From assembly GCA_012295275.1 (NCBI GenBank), contig CM022665.1:46128001-46192000 (forward strand): DNA of 64,000 nucleotides, written 5' to 3'. Position numbers and translations under genes: made by a program. Within the stretch, counting starts at the first letter, position 1. Every line of letters begins with the position of its first letter. The notes below the pieces were generated by a model, which did no database searches, was not told the origin of the DNA, and saw nothing but the letters and a program-made list of their open reading frames with translations. This DNA is from Chrysomallon squamiferum (Eukaryota > Animalia > Mollusca). Below are positions 16,305 to 30,135 of this stretch, in pieces.

Positions 16305-19300
16305 CTAGGAATCTGTGTGCTCGTGTTTCCCAAACTGATGGTCGAGAACGTAACACCTCACATCAGTCTCTGTCATCTCCTCGTCCGTAACGTCAACGGG
16401 GTCCTCCTTCGCCGACATCTCCTCGTCCGTCACCTCCTCGAAGTGCTGAATCTCCGATGTGCTCATTTCCGCCAGCGTGTCGCTGTGGATGATGTCGCGC
16501 CTGCCCGCGTAGTAGAGGCTGCGCACGGGCTCTGACGCGGGACTCTCGCTGCGGCTCGTGTTGTCGGAGAAGACGCTGTCCATGTCGTTGAGGACGTCGA
16601 GCACGGTGCCCTCCGAGGAAGCCTTCGTCACCGAGTTGCCCGAGTTGCCGGAGCCTTTCTTCGACAGGCACTCCTTGTTCTCGCTGGCCACGCGCTCGCG
16701 GTTCGGACCGAGGAACCAGTCGGACCTCTGGCGCAAGCGTTCCAGCTGCTTCCTCTTTACCGAATTGAACCGGCTAAGGCTGCGGCTCTTGTAGTAGTTT
16801 GCTGCTTCGTTTAAGCTGTCTTCCACCGATTTAGGTCTCTGAAATGAAAAATTTAAAAAAAAAAAAAAAACACGTTCTTAGTAGCTGCCCTATGCCGAAA
16901 ACCACAGCAAACAATCAACAACAACAACCATCAAAAAAAAAAAGAAAAAGAAACAAAAAAAAGGCTTATTAGAAAGAGATATCATTCTTGCTTTAAACGA
17001 AGTGAAATTACAGAAATGGCTAATGGTTGTATCAGAATGATTATTTAATGGCACTTAAGCATATTTCAGTATTAATTAGTTTTGTATCTGATGGTTCATA
17101 ATTATTTCACAACCAACTGTTGCAGTTTCGCATTCAGTAAACAATATTTTATATGTGCATTTATTATCTGAAAGGAGTTTACATTGGTGAAATGGGAAAC
17201 AATGAAAATGCTAATCAGGATTCATCTTACAACCCAGTCTCTGTTGAGGTCAGTGTTTTACCTATGAACTTTTCATTAACAGAACCACATTTTTACAAAC
17301 TATCTTGAAATAACTGGATATAAATCTCAGAAACACTAATTTCTATTTATTAAATGAGCTAATTCATTCAAGTGTATAATTACCTTCTGTTAGCTTTGTG
17401 TTTGTGTAATGCAAACATGCAATCATTACACATTAATATCTAATTATGTCATGCCGATATGTCATTATGTTCTACTAAAACCTTAATTATATCACATTAA
17501 CTCATTAGCATACAATTAGGCAGTTACTAACACATAATTACATTACAGACAGTTAATAAATTCAGTGATTATGAAAGAAAGATGTTAATTAATAAGTAAT
17601 TATAATCACAGAGTTAACAGATACAATTTTGTTTTTCAAAGAAAAATTAATAATTAATAATTATTAATATATAATTATATTATAGTTAATAAAGTCAGTA
17701 TTTATGAAAGAAAGATATTAATTAATAATTATTAATGTGTAATTCTACTCAAAGAAAGCATTAATAGATGCTAATTAAATTTGGAAAGAAAGAGATTTTC
17801 AATTAATAATTATAATCGCAGAAACAGTTAACGGGATACTATTTGTTTTCGAGAGAAAGATTAATAATTAACAATTCACCTTGGACACTTCTGGAGAAGG
17901 CATTATGGAGACCTCGGGAGCTGAAACGGTCGTCACGGTGATGGTAAGCTGTGAATTCTCCGCCTTGGAGACGTGCAGTTTCGTGTCCATCATGGGAGAA
18001 CTTGGTTCTGGACTTTCACTCGGTTCATGTTCGTGTTCTCTTTGAGAATCGCCCTCCATTCTCGTCATTTCAATAAACTCATCTGACACATCTACACAGA
18101 CACAGCAACACCAGCAGAATTAATTGATTTGATCGAGTGATTCATTGATTTTATTTTACTTATATTTCATTCGTTTATTCATTTATTTATGTATGTGGTT
18201 ATTACTATTTGTTGCATAACTTTAGAACAAACACAAACTACCAGGCCAACATTTGTTTTAGGAATATTTTCAGGTGTTGTAATTAAACTGTTGTTAAAGC
18301 ATTAAGCTCGTGGTAAATGAAAGGGTTTGTTGTCCTAGTTTTTTCTCAAGATAAAACAAAACAAGAATTTAAAAATGTTAAGTTTTTAAACAAAGAGACA
18401 TGTGTGAAAATGTCTACATAAAAGATTAATTTGGTAGAAAAATTAATAAATAAAAAAGTGCAGATTTTAGTTATGTTTTTTTTTTTTTTTTTTTTTACTT
18501 TCACATATCCTTAAAACAATAAACATATTTCTAATCCTACATTAATTTATAAGACAAAATTTTATAAATACATACATGAGAGAAAACAGGAAAACAAATG
18601 AATAACTTTTGAAACGTGAGAAGATATCTGCCAGTTGTCTGTTCAGATATCCTGTGACAAATATCTTTATTTTTGTTTAGACATACAAGTAAGTGTGTTT
18701 GTTTTTTGCCAGTGCAGTTTTAGTGTGTTAGAGAATTAGTGATCTTTTCATAAAAAAATGTGATTATAGTATATTCTAGATGACCAAAGGTTTAACAAAG
18801 TGAGGCTGTTTCTGATCATAGCAAAGTTGAAAATCATCAAAACCTGAGCTAATAATAATAGTCATTACAATAATAAAACTTTTAATATTGAAAAATTATG
18901 GAATATAAATTTTATGTTTACTTCTATTTATTTTTAAATATAATATTAATAACATAAAATGTATGTATAAATGTTATAAAGAGAAAAAGGAAAGGTACAT
19001 ACATTCATTTTATTAAGGTTTGTTTGAAACAGACAAAAATATAAAATTATTAATGAAATTAGTTTAACAACAGAACATTAAAAGTATTATCTAAATAACT
19101 CAGAAAAAAAATGAATTGAAAACAGAACAATAAAATTAAGCTGATCTTAAAGGATAAGGTGTAAAATAACTTACATTATAATATTTTGTATAATAGTTTA
19201 ATTTTGTATACAGTTTATAATCAGCTTCACGAGAATACCGAAAAACTTTATTATAAACAAATTACTTTTAAAAATGCCAGATTAACTCCAGCCTTCATTT

Positions 19301-22052
19301 CAAAGAAATATTTCAAGTTTTACTTTCAGTGTAAAGGCTGATGGAAATCATCACAAGATGCTTCTTACCATTTTCGTTGAGATCGAAACCGTGGGTTTCG
19401 GCTTCCTTCAGGAGAAACAAGAAAAACCAAACGAGAGACACTTCACCTACACATGCAACGAACAAAACAACAACATGCACTAGGTGCAGGCCAGAACTGC
19501 TAGTGTTTCAGTATCACACACTTGTCCTATTTAAACAACAGGGCTTTCAAACATTTACCTGCATATTTGTTTTATTATTTTATTTTTTTAATTTTTAAAA
19601 AGAAGATTAAGATTAATGCCTTCGTTTAAACATACTTTAGGTCTACTGAAATTTGTTGGTTTATGATAAACATTAAAATTATATATATACTTCAAAAATG
19701 ATGGTATATGTTTGTCTGATTGTGGGCACTACAAATTAATAATTATAATAAATGAAACTTTGCTATTAAATCAAATGAGATTTTAATCGTTACCAAGCAT
19801 AAGTTGAAAGCTCTGCAAAGTGTTAATGAAAAGCATGTTTACTTTAAAAAAAAAAAAAAAAAATTTAGATTTTGTTTCAAATCACCAAATTTGAATCTAA
19901 AAACCTAAACATTTTTGGATGAACTCTTTCTCCTCAAATGATTCATTTTTCAGGTCTCAATGTGAAGCTTATTGGTAATTGGCAAATGGATTCCAAAGTC
20001 AAAAAATTAGAATAATTTAGTTTGCTCAAAGCACTGTTTGCCTGACTCATTTATATACAGTTTAATAACAAATCTAAAAAAATAAAAAAAAATAAAAAGA
20101 TAATAATAAAAAAAAAATCTTTAAATCTAGCAGTATTGTTGGCTATAATACACACCTTTTTGTGTGAAACAAAAAGTATCAAGTCAGATATAATCAGTTA
20201 GTATCGATTAACAATGCTATGTATCCTGGCTTTAAGTAAGTATTTTTGAAATTCAGTGAGAAAGTGATTGATCTTATTATTATATGAAACAATTTTTATT
20301 CTGTTTTTAAACATATATATATATATTTAAAAATAAAAAAATTTAAAAACTGACTGACTCATTGTAAAATCACTTAATTTAGTTTTTTACTTGTAATTTA
20401 TTATTAGTAGTAAGGACTGGAGGCTATAATCTATTTAAAGGATGTTTACTTTAAAGATGATGAAAATTACTAATGAATTATGGGTCAGGCAAACTGATAA
20501 AAAAAAAAAAAAAAAGATTGATAATTTTAGCATGAAGAATGAACTAATGCAAACAGTAGCAGCTCAGGTGAAAAGTTAATAGCACAGCCACAAGTGAGTA
20601 AAGTATTTAAAGGTAAAAATGTTAGCAAACAACATTACCTAAGACAACAACAAAATAATGTGAGTTAAACTTAACACATTAGCAAACACAACAAGTGTGA
20701 TTTAAACATGATAACACAACAAATAACCAATTGTGAGTGTTTTTTCTGTTAGTTTTGGTTAATTAATGTATCAAATAAAAATTAATTATCAGAATCATTC
20801 TTTCTTAACCAAAAAAAAAAAAAAAAAATGTAAAAATGATTCCTGACCAACTAGAAGTTAAATAAAAAAACCAAAATAAAAAATAATAATATGATTAGAT
20901 TCTAGACTAGAAAACAAATCAACTAAATATAAATAAAAAAATAAAAGATCTTCTATGCAGGACATTAAATATATTTCAAAATACTGAAAATAAAAATAAA
21001 TGAAAAAAAAAAAAAGAAAGAAAGAAAAGAGAAAGTAAAAGAGAGAGAATATTAAACTTTGAATAGATTCCATTAAATAATCAAAGACGATATATAAGAA
21101 ATAACTAACATATTTCAAAATAACCAAAAGAAAACAACAACCTTTAGTCATTTACAATACTGAACATAAAAAAAAAAATCAAATAAATATTTAAAAAAAA
21201 ATTTAAAAAAGTGTTCAGTAACAGAAAAATTTACACACTCCAAGACAACAACAACGAGAAAAATAAAAAGATATATAAATTAATAAAAATAAACAAATAA
21301 AAGATTAACTTACGAGGTAGCAGATCCTCTGAAGGATACTGGTACTCGTAACGAAACATCTCCCGAACGTGAATCCCTGTCCGCGTCGTTTCGGTGAAAT
21401 ACTCGATATTTTCGCGGCCGAACATCAGCGACGTGCCGAAGTTGTCGACCAGCAGCTGCATCAGCCGGCTCGCCTTCTCGACTTTGGCGGGGTCGTCGGC
21501 GCACGTGTGGAACACGGAGCCCGCGCAGCTGCGGGACAGCGCCTCCAGCGTCATGAAGTTGATTTCCGAGTGATTGACGATGCGAAACCACGTCCCAAAC
21601 AAAAGTGAAATGAGATGCTGATGGGCAGGGCTAAGAGTCTGAATGAAACTGAAAGGAAAAAATAAAAAAGACATTAATGCAGAAACAGATGTACATAGAT
21701 ATACAGAAGAATTTCAAACATTAAGACGTATATAGATATACAGAAGAATTTCAAACAGTAAGACGAGACGTACATAGATATACAAAAGAATTTCAAACAT
21801 TAAGACATATATAGATATACAGAAGAATTTCAAACATTAATATATTTATGTACACTGATGTACATAGATACATAGATGAATATTAAACATTAATATATCA
21901 ATGTATGTAAGATAAAAATAATTTTAAGGGTTAACATAGCTATGTATATAGATACAGAGAAGTATTTTAATATTAATATATCTATATCTATATCTATATC
22001 TGTATCTGTATCTATATCTATCTCTGTATCTGTATCTGCCTCTGTCTCTGTC

Positions 22053-22113
<61 letters not shown>

Positions 22114-22667
22114 ATATATATATATATATATAAATAGATACAAATATTCAGAAGAATTTTAAACATTAATATACCTATGTATATAGATACACAGAGGAAT
22201 TTTAAACATTAATATATACATATGTATATAAAGAAGAATTTTAAGCAATTATACACCTATATATATAGATATATTGAATTTTAAAAATTAATATACCAGT
22301 GTATATAGTTACAGATCAGAATTTTAAGCAATTACATACCAATGTTACATATACAGATATATAGAAGAATTTTGAAATTAATATACCAATTATATACCAA
22401 TGTTACATATATAGATATACAGAAGAATTTTAAACATCAATATATATATAATTTTAAGCAATAATATACCTATATGTATAGATATATAGAAGAATCTTAA
22501 ACATCAATATATCAGTTATATAGGTATATAGAAGAATTTAAAATAATAATATACCTACATTATTTTACATATAGAGGCACATATAGAGGAAGTGTAAACA
22601 TTAATATACCTATGTATATAGATACAAAGAGGAAATGTAAAAATTAATACACCTATGTATGCATGTG

Positions 22668-22716
<49 letters not shown>

Positions 22717-25231
22717 ATACATTAATATACCAATATATCTACTTTATATCCAAGCTCGTGTAAGTCTTAGATGTAAGAACAGTGTGTTGAACATGTCTTA
22801 CACTGATACAGATCATGCCAATGTGACATCAGATGAATCAGTAATTGCATAAAGAATCGTTTTCGACATATTTCAACTCACTCGTGGATAGCTTGGAACT
22901 GCTCAGCTCTGTGTCCAAGACTCAACACCTGAAGTAAACGATCTTCTCCAGAAGGTGTGAAAACACCACCAGGTAATCGCAAAAGGTAACGCTGCAAAAA
23001 AAAATCATCAACACAGCTGCTAATTAATACACACAGACGACAGAGGTACCTTCATGAAGAAATTAGCTGAATATAAAATGTGAAAATCATCTGGGTTTTT
23101 TTTTTTTGTATTTTTCAGATTAAGTATTAATAAATATTTGTTTCCTGTTTGTCATATTCAGAATTAACAAATATTTCGCTTCCTATCTGTTATAGTCATT
23201 AAATTAATAAATATTTGGTTTCCCATTAGTTTTATTCGGAACTAATGAATATTCTGATTCATTTTTGTTTTTATTCACAATTAATAAATATTTCGTTTCC
23301 TTATTGTTACATTCAGTTTTAACTGAAAAAAAAAAAAATTAAAAAAATAGAATAAAAAATGTGTTAAATATCCTGCTTGTTATGTTCAGAATTAATAAAT
23401 ATTTTGTTTCAAATATACTGAGAAATAATAAATACAAAAAGACATAATCGATGTGCTCTGGTGTTGTTGTCGAACAACGCAGATGCTGTGAAAGTCAACT
23501 CACCTTTAAAACAGAGGCCAGAGTGTAAAAGCTGTAACGAGTGTACGTCACTGGCTTCCCCTCCGACAAACGCTTCACAATGTGCCGAATGTCTGCTGGG
23601 TTGCCAGGGCGACGGAAGAGATCGACGGTACCCACCCCTTCCTGAGCTATATACACAAGTATATCCTGAAACACAGTAATTGCTTTAACTGCAGTGCATA
23701 TACATATACATATACATTATTCAGAAAGATGATAGAGTGATTATTATTGTTTTAATTTGCATTCTTTAGCATAACCTGTAACAACAGTTATAGTAATTAT
23801 TATTATTTTAATATGCATTCATTAGCAAAACCTGTAACAACAGTTATAGTAATTATTATTATTTTAATATGGATTCTTTAGAATAATCTGTAACAACAAT
23901 TACAGTAATTATTGTTATTTTAATATGCATTCATTAGCATACCTGTAACAACAGTTATTAAATACTTCATTTATATATGGGCAAGATCAAGCAAAATACA
24001 ATGTTTGGAAAACATTCCAATTCTAGAATACAGGATCCAGAGTGATATCGGTAGGACAATATTAATGTTAAGTTTCTAGAATTGCTTGCATTTTAACAAT
24101 TAATCAAAAAATTTTTTTCCAGCATATATGTTTGTTTGTGTGTGTGTGTATTTTTACACGCACCAATATATTCTGAAAGTTAAATTTTTAATTTAATTCT
24201 ACAAATATTAACATTACAAATGTTAAAAAAAAAAAACATTAAAAAAATGTATTCTGTTAATTAATATTGTTTATTAAACAACAGAAGTTTCAGAATAACC
24301 TAAAATCCTTTCAGTAAAGCAAGAAATTATTAAAGTTTAAAATGATAAAAATAAAAAAGTTTTTTTATTAGATGAAACTAATGATAAAAAAAAAATCATT
24401 ATGTAGATAGGTAGATAGATAGATAAATAAAAAAACCCCACTCTGTCCTGAAGTATAAAGTTGACTTAACTTACTATAAGAGGTGTTGGTAGGTATCCAT
24501 TCTTCAGAGCTACATGCATAGGAGCGCCAAATTTGAGCCTAAAAATATATTTAAAATCAACTATAATTGCTTAAACTTTGAAGAAGAAAATAATAAAATA
24601 TATGTTTATATATTAGTTTTGATTGATATGAAATTTTATACCCGAATCTATGAATCAATTTTCATGTCTTTATGTATACAGTCTTGTGCAAAAACAATCA
24701 TACTACAAAATTTTGTAGATTTACTTATACTGAGATGGATGGGTATTTACTGTTATTATGTTTTTCAGATATATTGTTTTTATTTAATTATTTATTGTTA
24801 ATGTTATTGTTGTTATAAATTATAATTATTATTATTTAATTATGCCAATGAACACTGAGATGCAAAACATAAATAAATTCAAATATTTAATTTTACAAAA
24901 TAGTGAATATATATATATATATATACATACACACAATTTTTTCATATATCAAACTTCACTGGAAATAAGTAAGAATAATAATTATTTCCAGTGACCTTTG
25001 ATATACATGCAAAAACTGAGATATACAAAATTGAAAATGACCCGAAGATCTGTTTTCTTTTTCAAAAACAAAATACGCGAAACTGAAACTACAATTCAAA
25101 GATTTCCTTCCTCTTTTTTTTCTAACTTTTCTTTTACCAAAAGCAACTGCGGTTACTTACTTTTGAGATCGCATAGTTTTTGCTCTTGTGCTTCTGTCAG
25201 AAACACATCCACCAAAGACATTTCGAAACAT
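16305..25231 (-). CDS. Rho GTPase-activating protein (N-terminal RhoGAP domain resembling ARHGAP20/TAGAP, long acidic/Ser-rich tail), 8 coding exons, about 521 aa
   Basis: Exons 25231-25161, 24538-24475, 23665-23504, 22991-22882, 21648-21314, 19446-19369, 18091-17880 and 16838-16305 total 1566 nt. All introns are GT-AG with consistent phases, and an in-frame TAA lies upstream of the ATG. Protein: MFRNVFGG...LKFGAPM...LPTPLIDILVYIAQEGVGTVDLFRRPGN...TLASVLKRYLLRLPGGVF...LLFGTWFRIVNHSEINFMTLEALS... This shows the RhoGAP signature (FGxP, FR arginine finger, ASxLK, NxM). Confidence 0.88.
21691..22660. repeat. ~37-41 bp minisatellite array with embedded (TATC)n/(TA)n microsatellites in a RhoGAP intron
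   Basis: The unit tacatagatatacagaagaatttcaaacattaa is near-perfect at 21691-21840 and becomes more degenerate to about 22660. Confidence 0.85.
23745..23958. repeat. ~57-58 bp tandem repeat x 3.5
   Basis: ctgtaacaaca recurs four times, with a ttttaatatgcattc-like motif between copies. Confidence 0.85.
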
Positions 25232-25727
25232 GGTCACACTGTCAACAGCTACAAACACAGTTTATGTGTGTCCATTCATCCTCTCACAGAGCTGAGCCCA
25301 GGGTGACCACAAAGGCAGCCCAGCAGCAGCAGCACCAATAAATTCATTAGTAAAAATAAATCACATACACAATAGGATCATCCTGCTGCAACAAAACAGT
25401 CAAAGTATAAAAGACATGATAATAAATGAAAGGGTCAACAAAGCTTTATAGCGAATTATTACTAAAAAAAAAAAAATTAAATAGCTGTACATTAGAAAAT
25501 AAATATAGAAAAGACAAATTTTAATATTTAAAATTAAATTTTTACTATGTAGACAAGGATTTCTTAAAATGGATATTAAAATATTAGATACATAGATACA
25601 GATATAAAATAACCTGAAATTTTTTTTAAAAAAGAATAAAATATCTAACTAAAAATATAATGAACTCCAGGACATGAAAAACATGAAATTAACATGACAT
25701 TTACGTATCCAAATTTGTAAGTAAATA

Positions 25728-25764
<37 letters not shown>

Positions 25765-26805
25765 AATTATATATATAAAATACTAATTTTAAAAATATTA
25801 AATATTTATTTGCATAAAGAAAAAAATAAATACACATAAATGGTGAGTACAGACAGAGAATAAATAAATACTTTCCTGACCTCGTTCATGACAAACAGTG
25901 TAATAAACATTCAAATTAAACTAAAAATAAGTGACCAGATCACTCAATGCATTTAAACATGAATTTAGCAATCAGGTAAGCATTCCATGTAAGTACATGT
26001 CATTTCTAAATATAGGTTATATATTAATCAATTCTCTTTGATGATTATAAATACTAAATATAATGCATTTGTCATTTTCAAATTTATTATTATTATTCTT
26101 TCATTCCAGCTGGAACAAAACAAAAATATTCAACTTTCAAGATGCACATGTCACAATAAAAGACTATAAATAGTAACAGTCATCAATAGTACTCATAAAA
26201 ATAGCTTGTTAAATTTTGCTTGACAAACATTGAATTATAGAAGTACTTGAAGAATGGCAAAAAATAAACACTTTTTATTTGAAAATGCTCTCAACACACT
26301 TTGTAATCTATTAGTATCAGAAGTTATTGTAAAATGATCCATAATAAATAGTTTTATTCTGATTTCTATGTCCTGTATTATGTCTTAAAGACTATTTGTT
26401 GGCTTACAAATAAATGCTGTCTAACATTGTTAGTAAGATTATATTGACATAAATATGCAAAGATCTGAGCTATCGTCTTTATGGTATTATTATTATCGCT
26501 GTGTATGACAACAAGTGTAAATATTACAAATCATCAGCTGACCACACCCCTTAACTGGTTTCCACAATATGGCATGTCATTCATTTCAAATATGCAGAAC
26601 TTTTTAAAGACTTAATCCATTCAATATATGAAAATAATATATATGTAAAAAGTTATACAGTTGCTGGAGTGGGTAATTTTTTTTCAAATTAAAAAAGAAC
26701 AAAAACAACAAAAAATAAACACTGCCTCACGAAAATAATCTCATCTCATTCACAGGCAAAGCTGCTGAACCCTAATTGTATTCGTGGAAAATACATACCA
26801 CATAC

Positions 26806-27270
26806 CATTATAACTCCAGTAAAGTAGCAACCACCATCTGGTTCCTTTTTATGTTGTTATTTAACATATAATCGAGCTCAAACATACCCAAATGAACCGT
26901 GAATTTAGACGACCCCAAACCATGGGGAAATTGACCCATTTCTTTTTGCAGATGATCGCGAGTGCGACTCTTGTAGATTTCCAGATAAAACTCCATAAAA
27001 TGATCCTTAATCCACTTATGTACGTAATCTGAAATCACTTAAATATCTATACTTACATCCCTGCATAAACGTTGTTTGGATTATTACATGGTTGCTGAAT
27101 TTTGGCCAAAAATTTGTAAGAAATTGAGAGTAACGGTCAGAAGAGCAACCCAGATGACCCCGGAAGTACATAAGAAAGGAGCAGTCATTGTATATTTTGG
27201 CGGTCGCGCTATCAGGCATTTGTCGTCTGCTTGACTCAACGGTGCTATCGGATTGGAGATTTAACACTGA
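26806..27270 (-). promoter_or_regulatory. Probable promoter and 5'UTR exon(s) of the RhoGAP gene
   Basis: Local GC/CpG-enriched patch with an ETS site CCGGAAGT (27160-27167), TTTTGGCGG (27195-27203) and a CCAAT box (27252-27256, minus strand). Minus-strand donors GTAAGT (after 27057) and GTATGT (after 26806) could splice to the NAGNAG acceptor at 25383-25387, upstream of the ATG. Confidence 0.55.
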
Positions 27271-27557
27271 GCCGGTATTTATTTAATATATTGAAGGAAA
27301 AAGTTATAGTTTCATAATATACATTTTCAATTGAATATCTATTTCATGTATTAAATTAATATTTTCTTTTTGACAATTTTAATCAATAAAATAAAAGTTA
27401 GGCCAGTTATGAGACAAAAGTTTAAAATATATGTGAGAAATGTAAAACTGGTATCCATGCACGCATCGGAATTACATGAATAAAACTACTGCTACTGCGG
27501 CTGCTGCTTCCACCAAAATACTTGATACTGTTACTAATAATTTTAGAAATGAAAATA

Positions 27558-27600
<43 letters not shown>

Positions 27601-27888
27601 GTGACATTATTATTGAAAGTAATGATTACTTGCAAATATTTGGGAAAATATCAACAATAAAGCTTTAATACAGCTTCCTGTCTTTTCTTAAAAAACAAAA
27701 TCGATTAAAAGCAGACAGATTAAATTCAGTTATTGTTATTATTATTATTATATAATTAGTAAACAAATAAGCCACATATATAAAACAGTGTCTGAATACA
27801 GCACTGATAGGAAAGTAGACGCAGCGCCAATGCAAACTCTCGTGACTAAAGCAAATGAACTAAACAGTTTGAGTCCTTAATGATGATG

Positions 27889-27944
<56 letters not shown>

Positions 27945-27980
27945 AATAAATAAATTAATTAATTAATTAATTAATTAATA
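27889..27980. repeat. (AAT)n/(AAAT)n/(AATT)n microsatellite
   Basis: Read directly from the sequence. Confidence 0.9.
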
Positions 27981-29006
27981 ACGAAAACAGACAAATCTAA
28001 TTTATTTAAAATTTTCAAAGAATTATATCTGCGGTAAAGATAATAAAACATCGTATGAACACTACCAAGTATACTAAGGAATTATTTTAATTTTCTAGAT
28101 TGTTTTGCTTTGTTTGTTTGTTTGTTTATTATCATTATTATTATTATTATTATTTATAAGGATTTTGGTCAGAAAATAAGATAATGGAGGATACGCATCT
28201 TGATGGAATGAAGAAAACGAACATGGAAGAAATCGGCATGATTCGTAAAATATTTTCGTTAACAATTTAAAAAAAAAATAAAAAAATAAAAAGAAGAAGA
28301 AAAAGCAATACATATATCATGAAAGTAGTGAATTATTTATTTTCAGAATAATTTTACCTTAATTTAGAATTTGAAATGTTCGAGAATCACAGAAATACAC
28401 ATACGTTGTATATGTATACGTTGTATGTGTCTGTGTGTATACACACAGACACACATACATGTTTGCGCCTAATTAATAATAGTAACCATAATGTGAAGAA
28501 AAGTCATACTAATTTAAACAATTACTATTTGTGTGAAAGAAGTGCATCTACGTTTCAACATAGCGTACTACGTTATTTACACAGTCTGAATATTAATATG
28601 AGATACTAGCTTTTATTGTCGTTTAAGTCCCCAAAGTATTATTATATTTATGTAATAAAGGTTTGTTGTTGATTTTCTTAGATGTAACTCTAGGCTAGAT
28701 ATGCGGAAACGAAATTACTTTTTTAATGTCAGGTCAAACAGATGCTTTGATTGTAAATTAATAGCATATACTAGATGTCATTAAACATGTTGTTTTGTGT
28801 TTTTGTTTTTTCTTTTTCAGCTCAGTCATTTCCATTTATTGATATTTGCGTTATGAATCACTTTGATGAGGCCTTGGGTAAATCTAAGGGTAAAATGAGC
28901 GTGCTTCACTTTTCTCGGAACAGAAGAAACATGCCATCTTTGGTATCAAAATAATTCTGTTGTAAACATTTTGTACTAAAATTATCAAAATTATATGTAT
29001 GTGAGG

Positions 29007-29007
<1 letters not shown>

Positions 29008-29057
<50 letters not shown>
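29008..29057. repeat. (GT)n microsatellite
   Basis: Read directly from the sequence. Confidence 0.95.
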
Positions 29058-29059
<2 letters not shown>

Positions 29060-30045
29060 TGAAAACAGCACTGAAATATTATTTAACAACAAATAAACGA
29101 AATGGTTAACACTGAAGAACATCAAATTCGTAAAAACTTGGGGTTTTTTTTTTTTTTTTTAATGGTGGTCTTGTCTGTTACAGACAACATAACAATCAAA
29201 ATTGTACTACATATATTTATTTTTCTGTTTACCATAGCTCGTAATCATGTTTGTTCAAGCAAACAATTCATTGTTGTCACTGCGTAACTGTGTAAACGCC
29301 CAGCTACATAATCTGTTAATGTACTACATAATCTATTAATGTATTACATAATCTATTAATCATCCAGACACAAGCGTTTTAGATTCTTCTAGCAACTAAT
29401 TAGTACTGCTGTTAATATCACACAACACTTTATGGATTTCCGTGCAGATCTACCCCTCTTCTCTAATATTTCCTTGAACAACATAAAATTACATGAAATT
29501 TCATTTTATGATTTTTTTTTTCTTTCAGTTCACTTCATTATGTCATTTAAGTACATAGGCTCATACGTAACAGTTGACTTTTTTCCACATATTATGATAT
29601 TAATTTCTAATAATAAATAAGAACCGTGTCTTCTATTGTATTTAAGACTAACATGGCTTTTGTACCAAGATGTAACTTGCACGCAAATGACAGTTTTAAA
29701 TAAATGCCCGTACACCCACACCTAATTTCCCATAGATAGATAGATTCTTTCGAGTATTTTTTAGATGCACATTTAGTGTGATGACATACTCATGATACTG
29801 TAAGCATAATTACATACAATTACAAATATTTATATCTATTTCTTGATAATATTTATACTAGATTAAATATATATACACTTGATATAATTACGAATATATG
29901 TGTGACCTGACTTTATGCCTACCTTAGAAACAAAATATATGACATTACATTTTATTCTTCACAATAAAATTGACCTCTTTTTCGTCATAGATTGAAAAAT
30001 AATGATTAAATTAGAATTGTTTTTTGTTTTACTTTAATTAAGTCT

Positions 30046-30047
<2 letters not shown>

Positions 30048-30133
<86 letters not shown>
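30048..30133. repeat. (CT)n(GT)n compound microsatellite upstream of the PICALM promoter
   Basis: Read directly from the sequence. Confidence 0.95.

Positions 30134-30135
<2 letters not shown>

Noticed and set aside
16293-16307. Possible stop readthrough TAG CAC CTG TGA at the RhoGAP end
   Set aside because: The three-residue extension forms no convincing targeting signal, and the context is not the strong TGA CTA type.
16290-16794. Overlapping alternative-frame and antisense ORFs
   Set aside because: They are by-products of the GC-rich RhoGAP last exon, which has few stops in other frames.
21691-21900. Regular ~37-bp repeats resembling a CRISPR array
   Set aside because: The units are head-to-tail with no unique spacers, there are no cas genes, and the site is a eukaryotic intron. 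It is a minisatellite.
28821-28877. Plus-strand AG...GT segment between the divergent promoters
   Set aside because: It has no partner exons or coding signal. Such sites are common by chance in T-rich DNA.
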